Positions 48,039 to 58,089 of a stretch of DNA of 64,000 nt are shown here, in pieces. The stretch is from an uncultured Candidatus Rokubacteria bacterium (lineage in GTDB: Bacteria > Methylomirabilota > Methylomirabilia > Rokubacteriales > CSP1-6). Position numbers and translations under genes: made by a program. Under the pieces are notes generated by a model. That model had not been told where the DNA came from. It searched no databases and worked only from the letters and a program-made list of their open reading frames with translations. Within the stretch, counting starts at the first letter, position 1. Each line of letters starts with the position of its first letter. The stretch lies in NCBI GenBank assembly GCA_963762145.1, contig CAVXJS010000011.1:352001-416000 (forward strand), given 5' to 3'.

Positions 48039-49475
48039 TCACGATGCCGCGGCGGACACCACCGGCGGGATCCGGTCCGCCCAGGGCGCGGCCGCCTCGA
48101 AGGCGGCGGCGGCCCGGAGCACCGCGGCCTCCTGGTGACGCCGTCCGACGATCTGCAGGCCGACCGGCAGCCCGCTCCGAGTGAAGCCGCACGGCACCGA
48201 GATGACCGGCAGCGCGGTGACCGTGATGCCGTAGGTGAGGAAGAACCACTGGGTGTAGTTCTCCGCGGTCTTCCCGTTGATCTCGGTGGGATAGGGCTGC
48301 TCCACCGGGAAGGGAGGCATCGCGACGGTGGGCAGGATCAGCAGGTCGCGCGTCTCCATGAAGGCGCGCACCCGCTGCCAGAGCTGGGTGCGGAGCCTCT
48401 CGCCCCGGCCGATCTGCTCGGGCGTCAGCGAGAGCCCCTGCTTGATGTTCCACACGAGCCCCTTCTGCATCTCCGATTCCCAGCGCGCGAGCTTGTCGGC
48501 GTGGCGCGCGACCATGCCGAGCCCGCGGGTGGCCAGCACGATGTCGTTGACCTCGGTGAAGTCCGGGCAGGCGCGCTCGACCTTGGCGCCCAGGGTCCGG
48601 AACACCGCGAGCGCGCGCTCCGCGACCGCGGCCACCTCGTGGTCCACCGGGATGAGCCCGTTGAGATCGGGCGTCCACGCGACCCGCCAGCCCTTGACGG
48701 ACGGCCGCTTCACCGCCGCGGGGAACTGTCGCGGGTCGACGTCGTAGGAGAGCGGGGCCCGATCGTCCGGCCCCGCCATCGCGGCCAGCATGAGGGCGAC
48801 GTCGCCCACGGTGCGGGCCATGGGGCCGGTCACGCTGAGGGAATCCCATCCCAGATCCGCCGGGTAGACCGGGATGAGGCCGGGGGAGGTGCGGAAGCCG
48901 ACGACGCCGCAGAAGGCGGCGGGCGTCCGCAGCGAACCGCCGAGGTCCGAGCCCTGAGCGAGGGGGCCCATCCCGGTCGCGAGGGCGACCGCCGCGCCCC
49001 CGCTCGAGCCGCCGCAGGTGAGCGCGGTATTCCACGGATTGCGAGTGGCGCCGAAGACCGCGTTGAAGGTGTTGCCCCCGGCCCCGAACTCGGGCGTGTT
49101 GGTCTTGCCGACCACGATCGCGCCGGCTCGCTTGAGACGGTCCACGTAGAGCGCGTCCTCGTCCGGCACGTGGTGCTCGAAGATCTTGGAGCCCCAGGTG
49201 GTGCGGATACCCTTGGTCGGCGTCAGGTCCTTGATCGACACCGGGACCCCGTGCAGAGGCCCGAGCGGAGCCCGCCGGCCGAGCGCGGCGGTGGCCTTCT
49301 TCGCGGCCGCGAGCGCGGACTCCCGCGCCACCGTGACGTAGGCGTTGACCCGCGGGTTGACCGCGTCGATGCGCGCGAGCACCGCCTGCATGACCTCGAG
49401 CGGGGACGCCTTGCGCGTGCGGTAGAGACGCTGGAGCTCGGTGGCGGGGACATAGCACAGGTCACGGTCGGGCAC
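48039..49475 (-). CDS. Amidase-signature family protein
   Basis: GVPVSIKD, GKTNTPEF, GGSSGG, GSDLGGSLR. Confidence 0.92.
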   Translation of the reverse strand: MPDRDLCYVPATELQRLYRTRKASPLEVMQAVLARIDAVNPRVNAYVTVARESALAAAKKATAALGRRAPLGPLHGVPVSIKDLTPTKGIRTTWGSKIFEHHVPDEDALYVDRLKRAGAIVVGKTNTPEFGAGGNTFNAVFGATRNPWNTALTCGGSSGGAAVALATGMGPLAQGSDLGGSLRTPAAFCGVVGFRTSPGLIPVYPADLGWDSLSVTGPMARTVGDVALMLAAMAGPDDRAPLSYDVDPRQFPAAVKRPSVKGWRVAWTPDLNGLIPVDHEVAAVAERALAVFRTLGAKVERACPDFTEVNDIVLATRGLGMVARHADKLARWESEMQKGLVWNIKQGLSLTPEQIGRGERLRTQLWQRVRAFMETRDLLILPTVAMPPFPVEQPYPTEINGKTAENYTQWFFLTYGITVTALPVISVPCGFTRSGLPVGLQIVGRRHQEAAVLRAAAAFEAAAPWADRIPPVVSAAAS

Positions 49476-49500
49476 GGAGGCTCTCCTCGGGCGGTGAGGG

Positions 49501-50499
49501 TTACGCGTCTGCCACCGCGGCGGAGCCGGTATCGTGGCCCGCCTTCCCGGCGGATAGAACCTTGCGGGGGTCGAGGGCGTCGCGGAGGCCGTCCCCGATG
49601 TAGTTGATGCTGAGCACCGCGAGGAAGATGGCGGTGCCCGGGAAGATGGCCCAGTGCGGGGCGAAATCGAGGTTGTCCTTGGCGTCGAAGAGGATGCGGC
49701 CCCAGGTCGGGATGTCGGGCGGAAAGCCCAGCCCCAGGAAGGAGAGCGACGACTCCGCGATGATGGCGGCGGCCACGTCGATGGTGCCGGCCACGATGAC
49801 CGGGCCGACCGCGTTGGGCAGGATGTGGCGCACGACCTGGCGCAGCGGCGGCGCGCCGAGGCCGCGCGCGGCCTCCACGAACTCCTTCTCGCGCAGCGAC
49901 AGGAACTGGGCGCGCACCAGCCGGGCCACCGGCATCCAGCGCAGCCCGCCGATCACGATGACGACCAGGACAAAGACTCCGGCCTCGGGTCCGAGGGCCT
50001 TCTTGAGGGCGTCCCGGAAAAGGTAGACCAGGAGCAGGAGGAGCGGGAGCTGAGGCAGGGACAGGAAGAGATCGGTGATCCGCATCAGGGTGTGATCGGT
50101 GACGCCGCCGACGTGACCGGCGGTCGCTCCCATGATGGTGCCGACCGAGATCGCGATGAGCATCGCGGCCACGCCCACCGCGAGCGAGATCCGGCCTCCG
50201 TAGAGCATCCGGGCCAGGAGATCCTGCCCCAGATCGTCGGTGCCGAGCGGGTGGGCCCAGGAGGGGCCCTTCAGCTTGGCCCTGAAGTCGATCTCGTCGA
50301 TCGGGACCCGGTAGACGAGGGGTCCGACCAGCACCGCCACGACCATCACCAGCAGCACGACCATCCCGATGGTCGCGAGCCGGTGCTTGCGGAAGCGGCG
50401 CCACGCGTCGCTCCAGAGTGTCTCCACCCGGGGCCGGCGCGCGACCGGCACCGTCCGCCGGACCGTCTGCGACGCCACGCCGTTGGGGGGAGGGGTCAT
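49501..50499 (-). CDS. Peptide/nickel ABC permease (DppC-like)
   Basis: HPLGTDDLG, EFVEAARGLG..RHILPN, LSFLGLG, GDGLRDALDP. Confidence 0.92.
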   Translation of the reverse strand: MTPPPNGVASQTVRRTVPVARRPRVETLWSDAWRRFRKHRLATIGMVVLLVMVVAVLVGPLVYRVPIDEIDFRAKLKGPSWAHPLGTDDLGQDLLARMLYGGRISLAVGVAAMLIAISVGTIMGATAGHVGGVTDHTLMRITDLFLSLPQLPLLLLLVYLFRDALKKALGPEAGVFVLVVIVIGGLRWMPVARLVRAQFLSLREKEFVEAARGLGAPPLRQVVRHILPNAVGPVIVAGTIDVAAAIIAESSLSFLGLGFPPDIPTWGRILFDAKDNLDFAPHWAIFPGTAIFLAVLSINYIGDGLRDALDPRKVLSAGKAGHDTGSAAVADA

Positions 50500-50500
50500 G

Positions 50501-51460
50501 TCAGCGGTACGAGATGCGCGGATCGAGCCATCCGTAGAGCAGATCCGCCACCAGGTTGAAGATCACCACGAGGCAGGAGAACACGAAGGTGATGGCCATG
50601 ATCACCGGGGTGTCGTTGGCGAGGATCGAGGTGATCAGGAGCGAGCCGATGCCGGGCACCCGGAAGATCTGCTCGGTGATGACCGCGCCGGTGAAGATGC
50701 CGGGGATCTGGAGCGCGATCAGGGTGACGACCGGGATCAGCGCGTTGCGCACCACGTGCTTGAGGATCGTGACCCGCTCGGACAGCCCCTTGGCCCGCGC
50801 GGTGTTGATGTAGTCGAGCCGGATCACCTCCAGCACTGCGGAGCGCACGTAGCGGGTCATGGCCGCGCCCTGGAAGAGCCCGAGCACCGTCACCGGCATG
50901 ATGACCTGGCGGATGTTCTCCCAGTACCAGCGCCAGCCCGAGCCGCCGATGTCCGCGCGGTAGATGAACGGCAGCCAGTCCAGGTAGATGCTGAAGAACA
51001 GGATGAAGAGGATCCCGGTGAAGAAGGTGGGCAGCGAGAAGCCGACGAACGCGAAGGTGGTCGAGATCTGGTCGAAGAGCGAGTAGGGGCGCATGGCCGC
51101 GTAGATGCCCACCGGCAGCGCCACCATGAGCCCGAGGAGCTGGGCCAGACCCAGCACCCAGAGGGTGGTGGGCAGCCGCTGCAGGATGAGCGTGCCCACG
51201 TCGATGCGGCTCACGAAGGAGAAGCCCCAGTCTCCCTTGAGCATGGACATGAACCATCGCGCGTAGCGCAGCGGGATCGGATCGTCGAGGCCGAACTGGG
51301 CACGCAGGTTCGCGCGCACCTCCGGCGGGACGTTGGGGTTGGTGGCCAGCTCCTCGAACGGATCGCCCGGAGCCATGGCGAGGATGGTGAACAGCACCAG
51401 GCTGATCCCCGCGAGCACGGGGAGCATGATCAGCACGCGCCGCAGCAGATACTTTGACAT
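50501..51460 (-). CDS. Peptide/nickel ABC permease (DppB-like)
   Basis: PGDP, GLDDP, DYINTARAKG..KHVVRNAL, DLLY..LDPRI. Confidence 0.92.
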   Translation of the reverse strand: MSKYLLRRVLIMLPVLAGISLVLFTILAMAPGDPFEELATNPNVPPEVRANLRAQFGLDDPIPLRYARWFMSMLKGDWGFSFVSRIDVGTLILQRLPTTLWVLGLAQLLGLMVALPVGIYAAMRPYSLFDQISTTFAFVGFSLPTFFTGILFILFFSIYLDWLPFIYRADIGGSGWRWYWENIRQVIMPVTVLGLFQGAAMTRYVRSAVLEVIRLDYINTARAKGLSERVTILKHVVRNALIPVVTLIALQIPGIFTGAVITEQIFRVPGIGSLLITSILANDTPVIMAITFVFSCLVVIFNLVADLLYGWLDPRISYR

Positions 51461-51475
51461 CTACCTCGTACGACC

Positions 51476-51518
51476 GGGCGGGCGAGAGAGGACGGTCATC
51501 GACCTCTCTCGCCCGCCC
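51476..51518 (-). terminator. 16-bp perfect hairpin between the binding-protein gene and the permease (attenuator or mRNA stabiliser)
   Basis: GGGCGGGCGAGAGAGG, 11-nt loop, CCTCTCTCGCCCGCCC; no U-tract. Confidence 0.6.
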
Positions 51519-51522
51519 GCTC

Positions 51523-53319
51523 TCACGCCTCCTTGTACCAGAAGGGGAGGTGCCAGAAATCGGAGTCCCAGCCGCTCTGGGTCGCCCGGAGCTTGTTGCT
51601 GATCGCGGCCACCCGCGGGCGCCAGGCCACCGGGATCGCCACCACGTTCTTGATCACGAGGTCGTTCATCTGGATGAAGATCGCGGCCCGCTTGACCGGA
51701 TCCATCTCGCTCTCGGTCGCCCGGAAGAGCTTGCCGTACTCCTCGCTCTGCCAGCGCGTGATGTTGCGCCCCTGCCACTTGTTCTCCTTGGTGGAGACCT
51801 CCCAGGGGGTGAACTGCAGCATGAAGGTCTGCGGGTCCGGCACGGTCTGGGTGACCGTGTACATCTGGATGTCGGTGTAGAAGTGCGGGTAGGTGTCCGG
51901 GTTGGCCGGATCGGACGAGAAGTACACCGACGCGGTCACCGACTTGATCTCGATCTCGATGCCCGCCTTGGCCGCGGCCTGCTTGACGATGGCCTGGGTC
52001 TTCTGGCGGGGAGCGTTGATCGAGGTCTGGTACACGATCTTGAGCTTCTTGCCGTCCTTGGCCCGGACCCCGTCGGCGCCCTTCTTCCAGCCCGCGGCCT
52101 CCAGGATCTGGTTGGCCTTGTCCACGTTGAACTCCCACTTCGTGTTCTTGGACGCGAAGCGGGCGGGCGCGTTCAGGAAGTTCGCGGTGGTGATCGCGGT
52201 GCGCCCGTAGATCTGCTCCTGGATCGAGGCCCGGTCCACCAGCAGGCTGAGCGCCTGGCGCACCGCGGGGTCGGTCAGGAAGGGGTGCTTGGTCTTGAGG
52301 CTGGAGCGCTCGCCGTCCACCTCGGTCCACGGGTCGGTGTTGTTGAGCTGGATGTGCTCCATGTTGCCGCCGGTGACCATGTCGGCCTTGCCGCGGCCGT
52401 TCTGCTCGAAGCGCAGGAGGATCTCGTCCTCCACCTGCATGTTCCAGGCGTAGTCGTACTCGCCGGTCTGCATGACCGCCCGCGCGGCCGAGACCGCGTC
52501 GCCGCCGCCCTTCATCTCGATCGAGTCGAAGAACGGCCGGTTCGCGACGTGGTAGTTGGGGTTGATGTCGCCCCGCACGATGTCGCCCGGCTTGAAGTCC
52601 ACGAACTTGTACGGACCGGTGCCGACCGGCTTGAGGTTGTTCGGCGCCTCGCGCGACTTCTCGCCCTTGTAGGCCTCGAAGAGGTGCTTCGGGATGATCA
52701 TCCCGTCCACGCCGCAGAAGGCCTCACCCCAGAACGGGACCGGCTTCTTGAAGACGAGCCGCACGGTGTGGGGGTCCAGCACGTCGATCTTCTCGATGTC
52801 GGTGTACGAGCCGATCGTCCGCGCCGCGGTCTTGGGATCGCGCACGAACTCCCAGTTGAACACCACGTCGTCGGCGGTGAAGGGCTTGCCGTCGTGCCAG
52901 GTGACGCCCTTCTTGAGCTTCCAGGTCACGGAGCGGCCGTCGCGGGCGACGCCCCCGTTCTGAACCGACGGGATCTCGGCGGCGAGCACCGGGAAGAGGT
53001 TGCCCTCCGGATCGTAGGCCGCGAGCGGCTCGTAGAAGATCCGCGAGCCGTCCTGGTCCTTGGTGCCGGTGGCGAAGTGCGGGTTGAGGAGCGTCGGGGC
53101 CTGCCACCACAGCACCTTGAGCTGGCCGCCGCCCCCGCGCTTGGTCGGCGTGAACATCCCGCCCTTCGGCTGCGCCTGCGCGACCCCCGCGGAGGCGAGC
53201 ATCTGCGCGGCCAGCGGGGCGGTCAGCCCGAGCGCCATCATGCCCTGTACGAACTCCCGACGGCTCAAGCTCCCGGCCTTGACTCGGCCGATCATGTCCC
53301 TCAGTTCACGCTCTTGCAT
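51523..53319 (-). CDS. Family 5 ABC substrate-binding protein, Tat-exported
   Basis: SRREFV twin-arginine motif, WHDGKPFTADDV, PVGTGPY. Confidence 0.92.
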   Translation of the reverse strand: MQERELRDMIGRVKAGSLSRREFVQGMMALGLTAPLAAQMLASAGVAQAQPKGGMFTPTKRGGGGQLKVLWWQAPTLLNPHFATGTKDQDGSRIFYEPLAAYDPEGNLFPVLAAEIPSVQNGGVARDGRSVTWKLKKGVTWHDGKPFTADDVVFNWEFVRDPKTAARTIGSYTDIEKIDVLDPHTVRLVFKKPVPFWGEAFCGVDGMIIPKHLFEAYKGEKSREAPNNLKPVGTGPYKFVDFKPGDIVRGDINPNYHVANRPFFDSIEMKGGGDAVSAARAVMQTGEYDYAWNMQVEDEILLRFEQNGRGKADMVTGGNMEHIQLNNTDPWTEVDGERSSLKTKHPFLTDPAVRQALSLLVDRASIQEQIYGRTAITTANFLNAPARFASKNTKWEFNVDKANQILEAAGWKKGADGVRAKDGKKLKIVYQTSINAPRQKTQAIVKQAAAKAGIEIEIKSVTASVYFSSDPANPDTYPHFYTDIQMYTVTQTVPDPQTFMLQFTPWEVSTKENKWQGRNITRWQSEEYGKLFRATESEMDPVKRAAIFIQMNDLVIKNVVAIPVAWRPRVAAISNKLRATQSGWDSDFWHLPFWYKEA

Positions 53320-53418
53320 GGATGGTCCTCCCTGGGTAGGTCGACGATGACCGGTTGGATGGCCTCTTATACGGCTTCACCGGCAAAACTGTCAAGTTCG
53401 CCGCCGGGTTCCGGCCGG

Positions 53419-55218
53419 TCACGACTGCTTGTACCAGTAGGGTAGGCGCCAGAACGTGGAGTCCCACCCGGTCAGGTCCATGCCCTGCAGCGCGTTGGCC
53501 GCGCCCGAGACGCCGTTGCGCCACAGGACCGGGATCACCACCGCGTTGGTGATCACGATGTCGTTCATCTTGATGAACAGCGCCGCGCGCTTGACCGGAT
53601 CGAGCTCGCTGTCCGCCGCGTTGTAGGTGCGGTCGTACTCGTCGTTGCGGAAGCGGGTGATGTTCCGGCCCTGCCACTTGTTGGCCTTCTGGGAGGCCTC
53701 CCAGGAGCAGAACTGGTTCATGAAGTACTGCGGGTCCGGCGCGGTCATGGTGGTGTTGTACATCTGCAGATCGGCGTAGAAGTGCGGGTAGGTATCAGGG
53801 TTCGCGGGGTCCGACGAGAAGAAGACCGAGGCCACCACCGACTTGATCTCGATCTCGATGCCGGCCTTGGCCGCCGCCTGCTTGACGATGGCCTGGTTCT
53901 TCTGGCGGGGGGCGTTGATCGACGTCTGGAACAGGAACTTGAGCCGCTTGCCGTCCTTGGCCCGGATCCCGTCGGCGCCGCGCTTCCAGCCCGCCGCGTC
54001 GAGGACCTGGTTGGCCTTGTCCACGCTGAATTCCCAGCGCGTGTTTTTCGAGAAGAAGCGGGACGGTGCGTTGAGGAAGTTGGCGCTGGTCTGCCCGCCG
54101 CGCCCGTAGATCTCCTCCTGGACCGCGGCGCGGTCCACGAGCAGGGTCAGGGCCTGGCGGACCGCCGGGTCCGAGAGGACCGGGTGGGTCGTCTTGATGC
54201 TGGAGCGCTCGCCGTCCACCTCGGTCCACGGGTCGGTGAAGTTGCACTGCATGTGCTCCGGGTTCCCGGTGGGCCAGAGGTTGACGCGCCCCTTGCCGCC
54301 CTGCTCCATCCGGCGCAGGATGTCGTCCTCCACCTGCAGGTTCCAGGCGTAGTCGTACTCCCCGGTCTGCAGCACCGCGCGCGCGGCGGACACCGCGTCG
54401 CCTCCGCCCTTCATCTCGATGGCGTCGAAGAACGGGCGGTTGGCCACGTGGTAGGCGGGGTTCGCCTCGCCGCGCACGATGTCGCCCGGCTTGAAGTCGG
54501 TGAGCCGGTAGGGACCGGTGCCGACCGGCTTCAGGTTGGCGGGCGCCTCGCGGCTCTTCGCGCCCTTGAACGCGTCGAACACGTGCTTGGGCAGGATGGA
54601 GCCCCGCGTGCCGCAGAACGGGTCGGCCCAGAACGGCTGAGGCTTGGCGAAGGTGAGCTTGACGGTGTGGCTGTCCACCTTCTCGATCTTCGAGATCTCC
54701 CGGTAGGAGCCGCTGCTCACCGCGGCGGTGGCCGGGTCCGAGGCGAACTCGTAGGTGAAGATCACGTCGTCGGCGGTGAGCGGCTTGCCGTCGTGCCAGG
54801 TCACGCCTTTCTTGAGGCGCCACGTGACCGAGGTGAGATCGCGGGAGAGCCCGCCGTTCTGGATGGTCGGGGCCTCCGCGGCCAGGATCGGGATCAGGTT
54901 GCCGTCGGGATCGAAGCCGCCCAGGGGCTCGTAGAAGATGCGCGAGGCATCCTGGTCCTTGGTGCCGGTGGCGAAGTGCGGATTCAGGAGGGTGGGAGCC
55001 TGCCACCACAGCGTCTTGAGCAGCCCACCGCCGCCCCGCTTGGTCGGGGTGAAGGCCGGCGCCTTGGGCTGGGCCTGGGCGATCCCGGCCGAGGCCAGCA
55101 TCTGGGCGGCCAGGGGCGCGGTGAGGCCGAGCCCGATCATCGTCTGTACGAAGGCGCGGCGGCTCAGGCGGCCCGCCTTCACTTCGGAGATCATTCCGCG
55201 GAGCGCATGCTCGTCCAT
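53419..55218 (-). CDS. Family 5 ABC substrate-binding protein, Tat-exported, paralog of the previous gene
   Basis: MDEHALR..SRRAFV; long shared blocks such as WWQAPTLLNPHFATGTKDQD. Confidence 0.92.
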   Translation of the reverse strand: MDEHALRGMISEVKAGRLSRRAFVQTMIGLGLTAPLAAQMLASAGIAQAQPKAPAFTPTKRGGGGLLKTLWWQAPTLLNPHFATGTKDQDASRIFYEPLGGFDPDGNLIPILAAEAPTIQNGGLSRDLTSVTWRLKKGVTWHDGKPLTADDVIFTYEFASDPATAAVSSGSYREISKIEKVDSHTVKLTFAKPQPFWADPFCGTRGSILPKHVFDAFKGAKSREAPANLKPVGTGPYRLTDFKPGDIVRGEANPAYHVANRPFFDAIEMKGGGDAVSAARAVLQTGEYDYAWNLQVEDDILRRMEQGGKGRVNLWPTGNPEHMQCNFTDPWTEVDGERSSIKTTHPVLSDPAVRQALTLLVDRAAVQEEIYGRGGQTSANFLNAPSRFFSKNTRWEFSVDKANQVLDAAGWKRGADGIRAKDGKRLKFLFQTSINAPRQKNQAIVKQAAAKAGIEIEIKSVVASVFFSSDPANPDTYPHFYADLQMYNTTMTAPDPQYFMNQFCSWEASQKANKWQGRNITRFRNDEYDRTYNAADSELDPVKRAALFIKMNDIVITNAVVIPVLWRNGVSGAANALQGMDLTGWDSTFWRLPYWYKQS

Positions 55219-55229
55219 GGGAATCCTCG

Positions 55230-56276
55230 TCAGGGGTTGGAGGGTTTCGGGCTCAGCATGCGGACGGCCACGTCGATGGCCTCGAGCATGCTCTCGGGAT
55301 TGGCGATGCCCTTCCAGGCGCGGTCGAACGCGGTGCCGTGGTCCACCGACACGCGCAGGAACGGCAGGCCGACGGTGACGTTGACGCCGGAGAGGCCGGT
55401 CCAGGTGCCGGTCTGCTCGTCGTAGTTGAAGCCGAGGGTCTTCACCGGCACGTGGCCCTGGTCGTGGTACATCGCGATCACGATGTCGAACTCGCCGCCG
55501 CGCGCGCGCGAGAACAGGGTGTCGGCGGGCAGGGGGCCGTACACGTCGAGCCCCTCGCGCCGCGCGTCCTCCACCGCCGGGATGATCTGGGTCTTCTCCT
55601 CGTCGCCGAAGAGGCCGTCCTCGCCCGCGTGTGGGTTGAGGCCGCACACCGCGATCCGCGCCCGGGGCCGACCGAGGCCGGTCATGGTCTGCTGCGCGAG
55701 CCGGATGACCCGGCCCACCCGCTCGCGCGTCACCAGGTCGGGGACGCGGCGGAGCGCCACGTGCGTGGTGACGTGGATGACCTTGAGCTCCTTGCCCATC
55801 AGGAGCATCGCGAAGTCCTTCGTGCCGGTGAGGCGGGCCAGGATCTCGGTGTGTCCCGAGTGCTGGACGCCCGCGGCGGCGAGCGCCTCCTTGTTGACCG
55901 GCGCGGTCACCATGCCGTCGATCGCGCCGGCCTGGCAGAGCCGGACGCCGGTCTCGATGTAGGCGTAGGCGGCGCGCCCCGCCTCGGCGCTCACCGCGGA
56001 CTTGGGCAGCGTGGCGCAGTCCACGTTCGCGAGGTCGAAGCACTCGAGCCGGCCCGGCTCGAACGTGCACTCGGCCACCGACTTCACCGCGTGCAGGGCG
56101 AGCGGGGAGCGCAGGAGCGCCAGCGTCGCCGCCATCACCGAGCGGTCGCCGATCACGACCGGCCGGCAGGCGGCGGTGACCTCGGGGTGCGCCAGGGCCT
56201 TGGCGGTGATCTCGGGCCCGACGCCGGCGGGGTCGCCCATGGTGATGCCGAGCACGGGAAGGCGGGCGGTGGTCAC
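55230..56276 (-). CDS. pdxA: PdxA-family dehydrogenase (PdxA2, D-threonate/erythronate-4-phosphate type by context)
   Basis: GDPAGVGPE, TAPVNK, GHTE, GLNPHAGE, MYHDQG, SVDHGTAFD. Confidence 0.9.
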   Translation of the reverse strand: MTTARLPVLGITMGDPAGVGPEITAKALAHPEVTAACRPVVIGDRSVMAATLALLRSPLALHAVKSVAECTFEPGRLECFDLANVDCATLPKSAVSAEAGRAAYAYIETGVRLCQAGAIDGMVTAPVNKEALAAAGVQHSGHTEILARLTGTKDFAMLLMGKELKVIHVTTHVALRRVPDLVTRERVGRVIRLAQQTMTGLGRPRARIAVCGLNPHAGEDGLFGDEEKTQIIPAVEDARREGLDVYGPLPADTLFSRARGGEFDIVIAMYHDQGHVPVKTLGFNYDEQTGTWTGLSGVNVTVGLPFLRVSVDHGTAFDRAWKGIANPESMLEAIDVAVRMLSPKPSNP

Positions 56277-57472
56277 GGGGTTTCTCCCAGGATCGTGGCG
56301 AGGAGATCGGCGGCGCCGAATCCGCCCGCCTTGGTGAGCAGCGCGAGGGAGCGGCCGTCGTCCCGCAGGACGAGGCGCCCGAGGGCCAGTCCGTCCGCGG
56401 GAGCGCCGGTCAGGTCGAATCGCCGCGGCCGGAGCGCGCGGAGGAGCGCGTAGGCGGTGTCGCCCCCGGTGACCACGACGAGATCCGGGGTGGCGCGCTC
56501 GAGGATCCGGGCGGCCGCCGCGGCCAGGTGGCGGGCGATCGTCTCGCGGTCCGCCGGCGTGGTCGCGCTGGCCACGACCGCGCCCCGTCCGCCCGCGAGC
56601 GCGGCCACCGCGGGCGCGGGATCGTCGTGGCCCCGCACGTCCGCGGTGACGAGCGGGACGCCCGCGGCGCGCAGGGCCTCGAGCTGGGCGCGGCTCGCGG
56701 GGTGGAGGCTCCCGACGATCACGAGGCGCGCGCGGCCCGGCGGCAGCGCGACGGCGGGCGCCTCGCACCCGAGCGCGCGGCTCAGCGCGCGCCCGAGGCC
56801 GGCCGATCCCGCGATCAGCGTGCCGGGCGCGGCGAGGGCGGCCTCCGCGAGGGTCGCGAGGTCGTCGTCGGTCTCCGCGTCGGCGGCCACGAGGGCGCCC
56901 CGGTGACGCTCGAGCAGGTGCGCGACCTTCAGGGCGCCCGCGCGGACGTCGTCGAGCCCGAGCGTGACCGCGGGGGCGCCGCCCGCGAGCAGCGCGGCCA
57001 CGTCGGCGGTGGCGCCGCGGAACGCGGGGTCGCGGGCGATCGCCGATTCGTGCACGGGAACGGAGTCGACCAGGAGACGGCCGTGCCGGACGACGCGGCG
57101 CTGGGCCGGGAAGGAAGGGCACACGAGTGCGCCGGTGAACGGCGGGCCGTGCTCGAGCAGCGCGGTCAGCTCGACGCCGGCCGCCCCCCGCAGGGTGGAG
57201 TCGATCTTCTTGAACACGCGGCCCTCGGCGAGCCGCCGGCCCAGGGATCGCGCCGCGGCGTGAATCGCGTCGGTGGCCTCCCGGGAGGCCAGGGCGCGGC
57301 TCTCGGTGTCGATCGCGATCACCGGCATCGAGCTCGAGTCGTCGGGGCCGGTGAGCGCGGGAGCGGCCAGGACGCCGACCGGCCCGGGGCCCGCGAAGAG
57401 GCAGCCCGTATCGCAGGCGCCGGTCAGGTCATCGGCGATGATCGTGACCACCTGGGATGCCGTTGCCGCCAT
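56273..57472 (-). CDS. DUF1537 four-carbon acid sugar kinase
   Basis: IADDLTGA.D, DTESR, KKIDSTLRG, TGGDTA, TKAGGFG. Confidence 0.9.
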   Translation of the reverse strand: MAATASQVVTIIADDLTGACDTGCLFAGPGPVGVLAAPALTGPDDSSSMPVIAIDTESRALASREATDAIHAAARSLGRRLAEGRVFKKIDSTLRGAAGVELTALLEHGPPFTGALVCPSFPAQRRVVRHGRLLVDSVPVHESAIARDPAFRGATADVAALLAGGAPAVTLGLDDVRAGALKVAHLLERHRGALVAADAETDDDLATLAEAALAAPGTLIAGSAGLGRALSRALGCEAPAVALPPGRARLVIVGSLHPASRAQLEALRAAGVPLVTADVRGHDDPAPAVAALAGGRGAVVASATTPADRETIARHLAAAAARILERATPDLVVVTGGDTAYALLRALRPRRFDLTGAPADGLALGRLVLRDDGRSLALLTKAGGFGAADLLATILGETP

Positions 57473-57558
57473 GCGTGGCTAACCGTATCACAGAACGGCC
57501 CGTTCACGGACCGCGCCCGGGGCAAGGAGGCCGCGGGCCCGGGGTGTATACTCTGCCC

Positions 57559-58089
57559 GTGAAAACCCGCGTCGTGATGGCGCTCCTCGCCCTTGCCGCG
57601 GTGCTGGCGCCCGGCGGGGCCGCGGGAGAAGACCCGGTGGCGGCCCTCTCGCTGATCCGGCCGAAACCGGCCAAGGATGCGCCCGATTTCGACCTCCGGA
57701 CTCCCGACGACCGCGTCGTCCGCCTCGCCGATCTCAAGGGCAAGGTGGTGTTCCTGAACTTCTGGGCCACCTGGTGCGAGCCGTGCCGGGAGGAGATGCC
57801 GGGCATGGAGCGGCTGCACCGGGCCTACAAGGACCGCGGCCTGGTGGTGCTGGCGGTCTCCCTCGACTCGCAGGGCGCAAGCGTGGTGAACCCGTTCGTC
57901 AAGAAATTCGGGCTCACGTTCCCGGTCGCGCTCGATCCCAAGATGGCGGTGCGCGAGCGCTACGGGGTGTGGGCGGTGCCGTCCACCTTCCTGATCGACC
58001 GCAAGGGCAAGCGCGTGCTGTTCGCGAACGGGGCGCGCGAGTGGGACGGCAAGGCTTCTCACGCGGTCATCGAGTCGCTGCTGAAGTGA
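57559..58089 (+). CDS. TlpA/ResA-family thiol-disulfide oxidoreductase
   Basis: Signal peptide, NFWATWCEPC, VPSTFLID. Confidence 0.9.
   Translation: MKTRVVMALLALAAVLAPGGAAGEDPVAALSLIRPKPAKDAPDFDLRTPDDRVVRLADLKGKVVFLNFWATWCEPCREEMPGMERLHRAYKDRGLVVLAVSLDSQGASVVNPFVKKFGLTFPVALDPKMAVRERYGVWAVPSTFLIDRKGKRVLFANGAREWDGKASHAVIESLLK

Noticed and set aside
14149-55425. Long antisense or alternate-frame ORFs (e.g. 14149..16308, 22229..24703, 51454..53445, 53782..55425)
   Set aside because: Shadow ORFs expected at this GC content; they overlap well-supported genes and show no family motifs.
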